In this document: positions 46,903-60,594 of the stretch, piece by piece
How the letters are laid out: the number at the start of each line of letters is the position of its first letter
How positions within the stretch are numbered: position 1 is the stretch's first letter
Origin: Mytilus edulis
Lineage: Eukaryota
Assembly: GCF_963676685.1 (NCBI RefSeq)
Contig: NC_092350.1
Coordinates: 18,662,001-18,726,000, forward strand
DNA length: 64,000 nt
Direction of reading: 5' to 3'
The notes under the pieces: model-generated
Seen by the model: the letters and a program-made list of their open reading frames with translations, nothing else
What the model was told of the DNA's origin: nothing
The model's database searches: none
Program-made: the position numbers and the translations under genes

Positions 46903-48066
46903 ATGACGAATAACACTGATTATCTTCAGATTCTTTGGGAACTGAAATACTCTGACGTCGCTGTAAGCAGTACCATTCTGACAATTATCGGAGGTATTGT
47001 TGGAATTCTAGGGAATTGTTCAGTTATAATATGTTACTTCTTTCGGATTCAGGAACGAGGACAGCGTTATTTTATTCCAGTGTTGGCAGTCGTAGATTTA
47101 GTTGCGTGTATAACAAGTTCTGTGTTCTACATTATGGATAATAAGTTTTTATTGAATTATCCCTATGATCTGATGTGTCGTGTTCTGATTTTTTTGCAGC
47201 TGCTTGTGCCAGGAATATCGGCTAGTCTACTAGTCATTATTGGTGTTCAAAGATATCTGTTAGTTTGCAAACCTCACGGACCAAGGATGACATCACGCTG
47301 GAAAAGGATTGCCATTGTTGTCGTATGCTTGTTTTCTTTGGCATTATCTGCACCATTTCTTGCAATATCAGGAATTAAAACATCATCCAAAACGTTTCAA
47401 AATCATACACTACAGATGACAGTCTGTAAATTTTTCACAGCAGAAATTACAGCAAATATAAGAGCGTACATCAGCTGTCTTCTACTGCTAATTATTATCA
47501 GTATTTTGATAACCATAACTTTGTTCATATTAGTGTTGAAAAGGATAAAACTCTCTTTTCTTGGGAAATTCAGAAGTTGGCGTCAGACATTCAAACATCG
47601 AAATACACCTAGTAATACTGATTCAACAAAAGATATAGAACTCTACAATTGTAAAGGAAAACTTCACGGAATTCAGATCCAGAAAATATCTAGCTCAAAT
47701 CCAAGCATTGACGTTTCCTCTTCTTTGAGTGTTGATCTTGATATTAATAAATCAGTAAATACTTTGAAGAAAGAGGACAGCGAAAGAACAAGGAAGGAAA
47801 AAGCAACAAGAAGGATAACGATTATGTTTTTTGTCATTATTGTTGCTTATGTTTTATCTTATATTCCTACTTGTATCATTTTTATTGTAGTTTATACTCT
47901 CCCTGATTTCAATTACATTTCTTTGTCAAGAGAGGCAGCATTTCTAATTATCTACCTTTCTCGTTTTGTGTTTCTAAACCATATTGTTAATCCCTTTATA
48001 TACAGTTACTTCGATCAGAATTTTAGAACAGAATTGAGAAAGTTATTTGCATGTGTAAATGAATAA
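46903..48066 (+). CDS. Orphan class A GPCR, paralog 3, 387 aa
   Basis: Same motifs as paralog 1. Confidence 0.93.
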   Translation: MTNNTDYLQILWELKYSDVAVSSTILTIIGGIVGILGNCSVIICYFFRIQERGQRYFIPVLAVVDLVACITSSVFYIMDNKFLLNYPYDLMCRVLIFLQLLVPGISASLLVIIGVQRYLLVCKPHGPRMTSRWKRIAIVVVCLFSLALSAPFLAISGIKTSSKTFQNHTLQMTVCKFFTAEITANIRAYISCLLLLIIISILITITLFILVLKRIKLSFLGKFRSWRQTFKHRNTPSNTDSTKDIELYNCKGKLHGIQIQKISSSNPSIDVSSSLSVDLDINKSVNTLKKEDSERTRKEKATRRITIMFFVIIVAYVLSYIPTCIIFIVVYTLPDFNYISLSREAAFLIIYLSRFVFLNHIVNPFIYSYFDQNFRTELRKLFACVNE

Positions 48067-49382
48067 GGGGGATATAAAATAATAGTCTGTGTGAAGATAC
48101 AGTTGGCTTAGGCAAATAATCAGTTTCTGCATATTATTTGTTACGCATGAAGATATAGATTGATATTTGGTATACAGTGTTGCCTTTACAAGTTCAAGAT
48201 TAAATCTAAATTTTGTTTAGTTTGTAGGGTTATTTCGAAAGTTTATTGGACTTAGACAATTCAGGCAAATAATCAGTTTTCCACACTTATTTTTGTCATG
48301 CTTGAATATTTTGATGTGATATTAATTGTATAGTTTGACACCGTGACAAGTTATAGATCAAAGTTAATTGCTCCATTACAATAAATTACAATGAATTTTT
48401 AGTTGGTAGGGTAATTGACTTGCAAAACTCTCAGAATGCTACTTTTAGTTATTTTGTCGCTGCAAAATACTCTTTTATTGCGAGTTATAGGGTAATTATT
48501 GTGTATATTAGATGCTTTCAAAGTGTACATATCCGTCAGACATGGCTCACTTGACCTCAATCTTATTTCATGGATCAGTTATCAATGTTCAGTTTTCGTG
48601 ACCAAACCCGAACATCAGATACTATTAGCAACATATTCACTATATTTGTTGTGCGGAATGACTCAAATAGTAATTGTTCATACTCACCTGTCAGTTTCAC
48701 CCGAACTTGACCTCATTTTCATGTTTTATATGTCAGTGTAAATGATTTTGGTCTTGTCAGTTTCTCATATACTGCATATAAGCAAATACAATGCTGTATT
48801 TGGTGTATAGAATTAATCATCATATTTAAGTAAGATCAAGACAAGATCGATTTATTCAATATAAACATTAATAGATGAAAGAGCAGCTAACTCAGAGAAA
48901 ATATTTATCTTTATAAGTTAACTCAGAGAAAAAAATACAGATACATTAAAACATGAGACTCTTAAAACAACTTATTGATATTGAAATTAGAAAGCTGTAT
49001 GATATTCAAACCAATCCTTTAAACTGTTTTTCATCAAAATTAATTTAAAAAAATTCTGAAATAAACAATTTTTATTAACTCATTGTATTACACAAATATT
49101 CTAGTAGTTATCAATTTTTTGTTCACAGACTTTTTGCCTTTATACATAACATTGAACATTGTTTCTAACTTAATTTGTGACTTTTCTCAAAACCTACTGT
49201 GTTTTCTATTTCCTAACAAATTTGTGACTTTCTTCCAGTTACCTTCATATAATCATTTTTGTTTTATATATAACACATCCTCTCTATATTAAACACGATG
49301 TGGGTGTTGTTTCTTGCATATTATGGATTGATATTATTTGTTAATCAGTTAGTTAAAACGTAATATATGATTTTCATTTGCT

Positions 49383-49558
49383 ATAAAACCAGGTTCAATC
49401 CACCATTTTCTACATTTGAAAATTCCTGTACCAAGTCAGAAGTATAACAGTTGTTGTCCATTCGTTTGATGTGTTTTGTCATTTCATTTTGCTATGAGAT
49501 AAGGGACTTTCCGATTGAATTTTCTTCGGAGTTCAGTATTTTTGTGATTTTACTTTTT
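49383..49558 (+). mobile_element. Family D retroelement tail with partial twister-like core
   Basis: CAA-UCC-ACC-AUUUUC(7 nt)GAAAAU-U-CCUG-UACCAAGU-CAGA. Another copy lies on the minus strand at about 50430-50600. Confidence 0.7.
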
Positions 49559-49652
49559 GTTGGTTCAATTATTAGTTATTGGAACTGGAAATTGACTTTT
49601 GGATTCCAATTTTTATAGATAATGGCTTTACTTTATGAAAGCTTTTTTTTAA

Positions 49653-50327
49653 AGGGGCACTTGCTACGAGATATAAACAATCTAAAGTATGATTGTTTTG
49701 GTTCAATAATCAATGAAAGTGAAATAGTGAAATACAAATTCGCTTTTAGTAGCGAGTATGTTTAAATTTTGTCGAACTAATATAAGAAACATTGCTGATG
49801 AATTATTCACTTGCAAGTGAATAATTTGACCTTATGAATCCGTATACATATGAACGTCAATTTAACCCCTGAACTAGAGATGAACAACGGATGAATTGTG
49901 CGTGCTATGTTAGTTAAAGGAAAAGAATGTCAACATTAAAAGTCGAATAAAGGTAAATCATTTGATTTACTGATACGAACCACAAACAATCCTTCTTATT
50001 TAGGTAAAAACGATGATTAACATATATTTTCAATCTATAATATGAAATTATACAGACATAATTAAGCGAGTTTGCTTTCTTTTTTATATCTCTAATAATG
50101 TTTATATTGTTTATATAACTATCGGACGTCTTCAGAGGTCAACTCGATAGTGAAATGGCGTCAAGACTAAAATACACACGTAACAAGGCTACATATTATC
50201 GAGCCCATGCCCTTTATGTTTAGTTCAGACTTTTTTTATAATTTGAATAAATGTTTAACATGGTTATAAATCAAATATGAGAATTTGAGTCAAATAGATG
50301 AACATGAAATTGACAGCTAGTGCCCAT
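49653..50327. mobile_element. Non-autonomous DNA transposon, Kolobok-like
   Basis: TTAA flank followed by aggggcacttgct, and a degenerate agctagtgccc end. A related inverted fragment lies at about 15740-15810. Confidence 0.55.
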
Positions 50328-51124
50328 CTAATAGTATTTAAAGAAATGGTTTTATATTTGGTAGATTAATTTTACTCAAATAATTCTTTGCTAAATTTTC
50401 AGTTGTAATTCATTTGTGTTATATACAAAAGAGTAAAAAATACAACACCCCTTGAAATTTTAAAACGGAACGTCCCTTATCAAATGGCAACACCGAAAGC
50501 TCAAACACATCAAACGAATGGAAAACAACTGTCACATTCCCGACTTGGTACACGCATTTCCTTATGTAGAAAATAGTGAATTAAATCTGGTTATATAGCT
50601 AGCTTAACTTTTAACTTTTTCAATATTGTGTTTTAATCTTGATTACTATAAAAATAAACAAAATATGTCAACAAAGAAAAACAAAATGGCAAATAGACAA
50701 AACCCAAAAGCAGACATGAAAGAAAAAAACCAAAAATGACTATTGCACAGTTACACATGTTTTGGTCTTTCACCAATTTACCACAATGAGTCAGAGATTG
50801 CAAATTAGAGTTGAACCTTCAGTGGGTCTCGAACTGCTTTCAATCTAATTCTTCAATTTCGTTCATTGAATAAAAACATTATATAGGTCACTGGAATATA
50901 CGTTTTTTTGAATATTTAGATGTTCATATTTCTGAAAAAGAAGATAAAAAATGTTGTGTAATAAAACATGAATGTACTTATTACAAAATAAAATAATACA
51001 AAATATGCTGATATCTTATTATACTTAAAGGCTATCTTCAGTACTTATAGTTAACAAGATCAGTATTTAACGCAGACTGATATATAACTTAAATTTCGTT
51101 ACTGTTTTCAATATGAACATTGTA

Positions 51125-52628
51125 AGGCCAATTTCAAGAAACGACAACAACAAAAAACCATGTCAATTGGGCTTCATTTGATACGATATATGCACTTGAG
51201 TTTTTACAAGATAACATTTTTGTTCGCAATGGAGTCTCCGAATATCATCAAGTTGTCGGAATTCCGATGGGACTAACTGCGCACCACTTATTGCAGACCT
51301 GTTTCTGTATTATTATGATTGAAATCAACAAAGACCCAACAAAAAATATCTGATACATGCATTTATAGCAGTTTTTGATATTTGAATAATATTTTGGCTC
51401 TCAATAAAAACGACTTCAGTATGTACACTAAAGAGATTTATACTGATTTCCTGACTTTACATAAAGCTAAAACTTATGTTGAAGTTTGAACAATACCCTT
51501 TCCTATATCTCTAATGTCAAGCTTTATACGAACATTTACAATAAAGGAAATGATTTTTCATATCCTATTGTTAATCATTCATTTCAGGCGGTGACGTTCC
51601 CTTGTCATCATCTTATATCAACTAATTACTAAATGCTATCATCGATACAAAGACATCATTCGTATATATGAATCAACATCCAGACATTTTTATACGTTGA
51701 GGTATTTCTGCTCTTAAATAGTAATATGCTATACAAAGCACATACATGTCTTCATTCAGCACAAAATCTTACCAAACCTTTAAACAGACTTATTCAGAAG
51801 GGATATAGTTACGATACTTATGTTAGATTATGAAAGATGGCATATTTTGGAATTAATATTGACTTACTCATAGGGTTTTTGCATCGGAAATAAAAACATT
51901 TATTCTAAAACCAGTTGTTGGCAGGCTATATGTTATATTCTTCTCATATACATTGTATTTTATGATGATATGATACTAAAACCCTAACGGGAGGGCGTGT
52001 GCTTAATTTTATATCTTTATATAAAACATAATCTTTCAATCAGTTTAATTGAGGTCTGTAGCTGGCATGTTAGTAACTGCTAGTAGTCTTTTTTTTTTTT
52101 TTTGTTTTTTTTTTTTTTAACTACATAATAATTTTATTCATCAAATATTGCTGGTTACATAAACCATCAAGATTCCAAACTTCTCTTGACGTACCCTGTT
52201 ACAATCCACTGACTACCCAGGGAATAATCAGCTAGTAGTCTTTTGTTAATATATTCTAACATCGGTCTTGGACTTTTTTATGCTGTGTGTAATGCCATGC
52301 TTTTTATATTATACATTGGGGAAAAGTATAAGGGGATGGTTACTATATCACAAAATGTGTTAAAACCCGCTGCGATGTTGCGCCAGTCCAAAGTTAGGAG
52401 CCTCTGGTCCTTGTTAGTCCTGTGTGTGTGTGTTTTATTTTAATGTTTCTGTGTTAAGTAGTACATCCATTTTCTTTGGACTAGTACACATTTCTGTTTA
52501 AAATTCAGTTGAAGCGCAGCGCGGATGTGAGATTTTCTCACTATGTTGAAGACCCATAGGTGGCCTCCGTCAGTTTTCTGCTCTTTGGTCTTTTTGACAT
52601 ATTACCAATTTCCATTCTTAACTTTATT
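51125..52628 (+). mobile_element. Older, longer copy of Naiad-like PLE family A, with decayed SECIS and twister
   Basis: RT remnants LEFLQDNIFV, QVVGIPMG.NCAPLIADLFLY and NDFS.PIVN; SECIS homologue at 51962-52007 with the 3' GA lost; twister homologue at about 52320-52410. Confidence 0.8.
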
Positions 52629-53746
52629 TATTTACTTTATTGTCTGGAGATTTTCAACAAACAGCTGATGCTGCCTATTGCTCTGAAGCAGCGAATATAT
52701 TTTGATCCAGCTTTTCATATTTTGATTCTTTGTTTTAACTAATTAATCTGTTGGTAGCTGGAATGAGCAGACTTAATTGTGTTTTTGTACTGTCATGACA
52801 TACGCATTGTCTGTAAATTCACAAGGGGGTGTTTGTGCACACATAAGAATAGCCAAAATTGCCTTCCCTATTCGAAAATTGACCAGAGTAGTTGACTAGA
52901 GTATAGTAATATAACCATCCCTTGATTTTCATTCGACCGACAGTGAAACCCTCGCCAAAACGAGGCTATGTTTGGCTGTGAGGGAGGAAACAAATCACAG
53001 CTAGGTCCTACAAAATGGGGAACTAATAACGATGCCTCGGGTTGAGGGAGTACTACACTCTTTTCATGATAGGAACCTTACAACAACTCTTTGGAAAGTT
53101 TGGCTAGCTCAAATGATTATTTTTGTTTATCCCTATCAAACATACCCTTAGTATCAAGTGGCATTCCAATATTCAAGCCTACCATTCCGGTAAACTTCCT
53201 TTCGTTGATCATAGCTATTATTTCTATTGTTCATGTATTGTCTTCCTGAACAAGCTATTTGTCACTCGACGTAAAGCAAACAAGCAATATTTTTTTTCAT
53301 AATAAAAAAAAAGTCAATGAATAAAATGAGAAGACATTTTTGACGAAGGACGATTTTACAATTCCATTTTTTTATTTTCATAATGTTTGTTCCAAATCAG
53401 ATTATAGGCTATATTACAAAGTGAGTTTTCATGGATATTATCTACAGAAAAACACATATTTACATAAACATCCAAAGGATTATCTTTGGCCTGACATTTG
53501 CTAGGAGAATGCATAATAACGGAACATACACTTACTGATCCCAAGTGAAAAAAAAAACCAAACAACATGCATAGATAATCTAACAGATATCCAATCTGTA
53601 ACATCCTCCGATGTATAATCAGGGGAAGAATCACGGAAAACGGAACTTAAAAAATGTTCTAGGAAGGGAAGCAATGTAATATATAAAACAGTCAAAATTG
53701 TATATTTCCCTATACTTTTATTTTGACCAAAGACGTAAATATCAGT

Positions 53747-54937
53747 ATGGCGAATAACACTGATTATCTTCAGGTTCTTTGGAAAGTGAAATACTCCGAT
53801 CTCGCTCTAAGCAGTACTATTCTTATAATCATTGGAGGTCTTGTAGGAATCCTAGGGAATTGTTCAGTTATAATATGTTACTTTCGAATTGGGAAATGTG
53901 GAGAGCGTTATTTCATTCCGGTGTTGGCAGCCGTTGACTTAGTTGCTTGTATAACAAGTTCTATTTTCTACGTTATGGATAATACATTTTTCTTCAATTA
54001 TCCCTATGATTCGATGTGTCGTATTCTGACATTTTTACAGCTGCTTGTGCCAGGGACTTCGGCTAGTTTATTAATCATAATTAGTGTTCAGAGATATCTG
54101 TTAGTTTGCAAGCCTCTCGGATCAAATATGACATTACGTTGGAAAAGGATTGCCATTGGTGTAGCATGTTTGTTCACTTTTACTTGCTCCGCGCCAGTTC
54201 TTGCGATATCTGGAATTAAAACATCAAATGAAACATATCAGAATCATACAATTCAAATTACAGTCTGTAAATTTTCCACAGCAGAAACTTCAGTTCAGAA
54301 TACAGTGTACTTTGGTTTTCTTCTTTTGTTAACGATTGTCAGTATTTTGGTAACCATTAGTTTGTTCATACCAGTTTTGAAGAAGATAAAACTCACCTTT
54401 CTTGGGAAATTTAGAAGTGGGCGTAAGGCAAGTAAACATCGAAATGCACCACATGCTACTGATTCAGTTTTAACAAAAGACAAAGAGCAGAAATACGAAG
54501 GAAAAACTACTGAACTTCAGATCCAGGACAAATCTAGTTCCAATCAAAGTATAAATACATCTTCTACTATGAAAGGTGATATGTATATCAATAAACCAGT
54601 AAATACGTTCACAACCGAGGACAGTGAACGAACAAGAAAGGAAAAGGCAACAAGAAAAATAACAGTAATGTTTTTTGTCATCATTGTTGCTTATGTTTCA
54701 TCTTATATTCCTTCGTTAATTATTTTAATTCTAGTATATGCTGTTGATGATCTCCAAAATTTTATTTCTGTATCCAAAGATGCAGCGTTTGTTAGTACTT
54801 ATCTTGCGCGTTTTGTGTTTCTTAACCATATTGTCAATCCCTTTATATACAGTTACTTCGATCCGTTGTTCAGAACAGAATTGAGAAAGTTACTTACGCA
54901 GGCAAATAAATACTGGATGGTACAGAATGATAAATAA
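53747..54937 (+). CDS. Orphan class A GPCR, paralog 4, 396 aa
   Basis: Same motifs; the ATG at 53747 matches the paralog starts (MANNT). Confidence 0.93.
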   Translation: MANNTDYLQVLWKVKYSDLALSSTILIIIGGLVGILGNCSVIICYFRIGKCGERYFIPVLAAVDLVACITSSIFYVMDNTFFFNYPYDSMCRILTFLQLLVPGTSASLLIIISVQRYLLVCKPLGSNMTLRWKRIAIGVACLFTFTCSAPVLAISGIKTSNETYQNHTIQITVCKFSTAETSVQNTVYFGFLLLLTIVSILVTISLFIPVLKKIKLTFLGKFRSGRKASKHRNAPHATDSVLTKDKEQKYEGKTTELQIQDKSSSNQSINTSSTMKGDMYINKPVNTFTTEDSERTRKEKATRKITVMFFVIIVAYVSSYIPSLIILILVYAVDDLQNFISVSKDAAFVSTYLARFVFLNHIVNPFIYSYFDPLFRTELRKLLTQANKYWMVQNDK

Positions 54938-56289
54938 AAAGTTAAGCCATAGTTGGATTGAGAAAATGAGCAAATATATTTAATATAAAACACGTTAACT
55001 GGATTTCAAAAGACTCAATTTAACTGCCTATTTTTGATTGGTTATAATACAATAACCTTACTGTCAGTGTTAAAAGTAAGCTTTGTTTATTTGGCTATAA
55101 AAGGAGCCTTACACACAATAAAAACTTAGATTGAGATATTGCCTAGAGAGATGAAACTAAAACGTTTTATTCGATTATCCATATATGCAATTTGCAATCA
55201 AGTGTCCGGTCTTCAGAACGAATACTCGTAAGGAATATTTATTTAAAGCAAATGATCAAATTACGATTACTTTCCTAATTTATTGTAGCCAATAACATAA
55301 CAATTACTTCTTAATTCAAATGTAATCTTTTTCATCTGATAGATTTTTACAAAAGTAATCATTATTCCATCGATGGCAATGTATATTGTGGTAGGTGAGG
55401 TTTTCTTAAACATAAGCAAAGGTGAAGAAACATTTTTGGTGAAAAATTATGTCTAGAATATCTTTAATATATGAATACATTATATATTATTAAGAACTTA
55501 GATTAGAAGCATTGTAATATCTGTATTGTTTGATTCAAATGAATTAAGTGACTATTTAATGATCCAATAGCTTTCTATTCTGTATTCACCATGTACATGA
55601 TTGTATGAAATTTTTTTTATAAATGATTGGATATTGAAAAAACATATATAGTCCGTTTCTGTGTGTGTTACATTTTAATGTTGTGTCGTTGTTCTCCTCT
55701 TATATTTAATGCGTTTCCCTCAGTTTTAGTTTGTTACCCAGATTTTGTTTTTTTGTCCATAGATTTACGAGTTTTGAACAGCGGTATACTACTGTTGCCT
55801 TTATATATATAAGGGTATCATTTTGGGAACTCTGTTCAAAGTAGTTTTTCTAGTATCCATGTTAATGATATTATTTTCAATTGTGATAGAAGTAAGTAAG
55901 TGTCTTTTCTGAATTGCATTTATGTCTATGTCCATCTAATAATCATACATGAACAAGTGTTTCTCGCAAACGTTTATCAAAATGTCTAAAAATATATAAC
56001 AAATATAGCGAAAACGTGTTATTTCGAGACTCGTTAGCAGAATTTATTGTATGATTAGACACGACATATGAATATACGGTATACAGACTAACACCACTAC
56101 GTAGGATCGTAGCCGTCAGGAGCAAAAAAGGAGGACAAAAATATGTAATTGAATAGTTAATTAGCAAAAATTTTTAAAAATGAACATGGGAGGAAAGAGG
56201 ATACTGACTAACTTCTATACTTTTGTCCTTTTTTACAATTTCAAATGTGACGTCACTTTGCGTTGAGGCCTTGACTAATTCGGGTGTTT

Positions 56290-57120
56290 CTATTTTTTGT
56301 GTTGGATTTTGTCGGTTTATGTAATGTATCCGGTTGCTTTCTGTAATTAGTTAATACTTCAGTTTTATCATGTATATCTTTTATATAGTCATTTTTAAAA
56401 TTTACTGTTTGCAAAAGTATAAATTATTCTAAATAATAGGGATGTTCCGGTCCCAAACAGAAAACCTTGGCCGTTTTTGGCACAACTTTTTTGAACTGTA
56501 CCTGGGCGTCACTCGTAGGTCTTGTGTGGACGAAACGCACTTTTTGCGTATTAAATTTTAAACCTGGTGCCTTTTGTTAGCTATCATTCGTGTGTTTCTT
56601 TGTCAAATATGTTCTTCTATTTATTTGTATTGTAGTCCTGGTATGTTGTGTTGTCATTTTAATGTTATATTTGACATGGACATTAAAGCGGGAGATTTGT
56701 CATGCCACAAAACCAGGTAAAACCCACCTATTTTTTCTTTAAAAAATGTCCTGTACAAGTCAGGAATATGGTCATTGCTATATAATAGATCGTTTCTGTG
56801 TGTGTTACATTTTAACGTTGTGTTTTCTTTTGTGTCGTTTGTTTCCTCTTATATTTGAGTGTGAATTCACATTATTATAAGACGTGTCACGGTACTTTTC
56901 TATCCCAAATTCATGTATTTAGTTTTCATGTTATATTTGTTATTCTCATCGGATTTTGTCTAATGCTTAGTTCGTTTCTGTGTGTGCTACATTTTAATGT
57001 TGTGTCGTCATTATCCTCTTATATGTTATGCGTTTCCCTCGGTTTTGGTTTGTGACCCGGATTTGTTTTTTTCTATCGATTTATGAGTTTTGAACATCGG
57101 TATACTACTGTTGCCTTTAT
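56290..57120 (+). mobile_element. Retroelement-derived repeat with decayed hammerhead (56506-56550) and twister-like motif (56676-56775)
   Basis: gcgtca-CTCGTAG-gtc-ttgtgtg-gac-GAAA-cgcac; then gcgggaga...aacccacc...cctgtac-aagtcagga; tail ggtatactactgttgcctttat, also seen at about 55650-55805 and on the minus strand at about 29195 and 32730. Confidence 0.6.
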
Positions 57121-58194
57121 TGGACTTTATATTTGTTTGATTTACAGTAGTGTTCGTTATATCACCACCCCCTACACCCAACCCAATACACAAACATACA
57201 CGTTTCAGTGTACTCCTATTCAAGTGCTATATTTCAATAGAGTAGACATGATCAGTTTGAGATTTGATATTTTAGCGGATCCAGTAAACGGATATTGAAG
57301 ACTACCCAAGCCAAAATTGAAGATTTCAACTCTTCTTAGTCCCGTTATTCCTATACGAATGCAAGCTCAAAGTTTGTGCAATACTAGTAATTTTTTTTAC
57401 AATTCATTTCAAAATTAAATGTTTGAAATTCCAATAATTCAACAACGTTATCAATGACACCGATTTTAAAACTTCACATTTTTATTAATTTTTTAACATT
57501 TTTTATACTGATTTATTTATTTTACTCTTGGAATTGGACACATGCCAAGTTAAAAATAATAAGAAAAAAACAGAAAAAGAAGTAAAAGAAAATAAACAGA
57601 AATAGAAAATGATGCCTCCGAGGTGATATGTTGTAGGACTATGACGCTGATCTGATATTAAATTAGTTTTATACGCTAAGAATTGTATAAACAAAATGGG
57701 CCTTTGTATCCATCATAATTTTCTGAAACAAAGATATGAAACACATAAACGTATTGATCTTTTAAGTACTGTTTCCTGAAGGTTATAAACTTCTACAAAA
57801 AATAGCTGATATGAATGAAACAAGGAAGGAAACCACTATTGCCATTCACTTATTTTCAGTTTCCCGATCACTTTCATCTTCATTATAAAAAAATTGTATA
57901 GTTCAGATAAAAGTGCGTGGACATTTTTGAATATTGAGTTTGTTTCGTTGGTTATGTGTTGAAGATCTAAATATTCCGAATAACAAATATCATTCATCAG
58001 TATGATTCTGATGTTAAATGAATCATATCAATCTATTCCTGCAACTGTAACAATCTTGAGTTTTATATATTTAAAACCGAACACAAAAACGCTTGTACGT
58101 TTCTAAAATTTAAAATATGACATAGGTTATACAGCAGAGACTGGATAGATTGCTTCTAATAAAAATAGAAATGAAGTAATATCACGGAAAACAC

Positions 58195-58480
58195 CATATT
58201 ATGCAATGTTAATTGCAAATCTACAACATAAAATGCTGTGTATCTTTTACAGTGCAAATGTGGTAAACAGTGTGTTGACAAGCCAGAACATCCATTTCAC
58301 AAACGAATAAACGACCATTGTAGCGACTATGATTGGAAGCTAGACCTTCTTCTCAGTCGACATGTGAGATTCCCTGGCCACACTAAGGCAGATCGTAATC
58401 GACTGACCATTACCATCATAGACCACAACACTGTTTTGTCTTGGGAGGTAATTGAAAACTTTGGCACCAAATGAGATAAA
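58195..58480 (+). mobile_element. Decayed PLE GIY-YIG endonuclease fragment
   Basis: NCKS..AVYLLQCKCGKQ.V....FHKRINDH.S...SRH, a CCHH-type PLE endonuclease pattern. Confidence 0.65.
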
Positions 58481-60594
58481 TGAAAAGGTGCAATCCTCAT
58501 TAGCGCAGTGCTTTTCATTTGGGTTATATCACATATTACTACGCTGTGTCTGTTGTTTTTTCTTAACCTTTGTCAACTCTAAAATTATTGAGTAATGTCA
58601 CTTTAAATCGCAGGGTTCTATTCTTTTGGGATTCAAAATGTAATTGCTTGATCAAATATAACCATACAGTATATAAATTTTCAATGTATATCACCTCAGC
58701 AAAGGTGTGTTTTATAGGAAAAACGAAAATACTATTTTTCTTTAAACTTGTTTATTGTTTTTGTAGTAAATTCAAAAGGCACTTTACAGGGTATTGTTTA
58801 ATTTCTAAAGGATGATATACAATTTATTACCCTCTGACACGGTGTGCTCTTTTTAATTGATTGTGCCTCAAGCAGGAGGTATAATTTTTTGTTTACCCCT
58901 GATATATTTTCAATTATTTCTGTACATTTGTTTTTATCCCTTTCAGATATACATTTACTAATATATAAATAAGCCAAATTATAATACGAATATATTTATT
59001 TCTGGTATAAGGTTAAACAACTTCAGTAATTTTGTTGGCTGGTGTTATGTCAGTTCAAAAGATATTTATATAACTATTGTATCTTAGCATGAAACCTATA
59101 CAGTTTTCTTTAAGAATTTTGGTTCATTTAGCTTTGTTAAAAAAAAACCCCATGGCAAACAAGAATCAAATTATTAAAGTTTTATTTTTCAGTACAGGTG
59201 TATTTTTCAGATAAAAGAAAATTTCTTTGTTTCCCCAATTTTCTGACTCTAAAATTAGATAATTATGTCAATATGTCAAAATCTGTAAATATATCTTTAC
59301 TTTATTGCAGGTGTTATCATGTCAGTAAAAAAGATAGTTATATAAAAAGTTAAAATTGAAAAAGTAGAGATTATTTGGTCAAGCCTGGTTTAGACTGCTC
59401 GAGTATGTGTCAGATTTTGGTCAAATCTAATTCTTTTTTTTTTCTCACTCAATTGATTCTTTATTGCACATATTGCTGTTTAACAATTACACTTGGTGTA
59501 CAGCATTTCATGAAGTTTCCCTGTTAAATTACCACTGGAATACCGAGGGATAATATTCAGTAAAATTAACTAATAAAATACATCAAGTCTAATTCATACA
59601 TTTGGTCGAGTATGGTTCAGACTGAAACAAAAATATGTTAAGAACCGGTCGAGTACAGGTCAAGGATGGGCTTAGACTGTTCCAGACCTGTTCAGTAAAA
59701 GAACAGACTTTTCTCAATGCCAAAGATAGGGTAAAGTACAAATCAGTACAGTAAAGTCCAGTATGGTTAAGATTGGAATCGAGTAATACCGATTAAAATT
59801 CAGTCCAATTCAGAATGATTGAATACGAATCAATATAGTAGAGTACATATATAGGCCATTTCATAATTTTACTGGTTTGTATTGTTTGTTCAGAAGAGGT
59901 GAGATTGATGGCAAAAAAATGTAAACTTAGTTTAGTGTATCATGGATCTACAAAGTAATCCCAACGAAATAAATTTATTCATTAATCTAAGCTATTTTAA
60001 GCCCTGCAGTCGACAGAGTAATGATTGCCACAAGATTTTAGCCTATTCAATAATTCAGTCAATGAAAAAATATTTCCCACGATCAGTTTTAAGGGTTTTC
60101 ATATCACGTATACAACAATAAACTAGAGTATTTTAGTAGGTGGTTTTATATTACGCACTATATAAGAGTTTTAAGCACTGCAATTGACAGAACAATGATA
60201 GCTACAAGATTTGAGCCTTTTCAATAATTCGAAAATGGAAAAATAATCAGTTGTAATGGGTTTTATATCACGTATATAACAATTAACTACAGTACTTTTA
60301 CGGCTCTTCACTTTACCAGGAAATTTAAACAATAGAATTTGTTGAATTTTAACACAATCATTTTAGTTTTTTTATATGTTCAAAACAAATGAGAAACATA
60401 TTGCTTTAATAAAGTTTGTCTTATAAAGTCTATGTATGATTTTTTTATGATGTTACCAGATGCACTGCATGTATATGAAATGGTAAGTGATCGCAAAACT
60501 CAATCAGACTAAAAAATGGAAATATATTATTTTCAATAAGTAGTTTACCAGAACATGTGTTAACGCAGAAATTTAGTCATAGTTCAAATTTAGT

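Noticed and set aside
51366-51372. In-frame TGA just before the catalytic motif of the old family A copy, as a possible Sec codon
   Set aside because: The position is normally Arg and the copy is heavily decayed, so this is more likely a point mutation.
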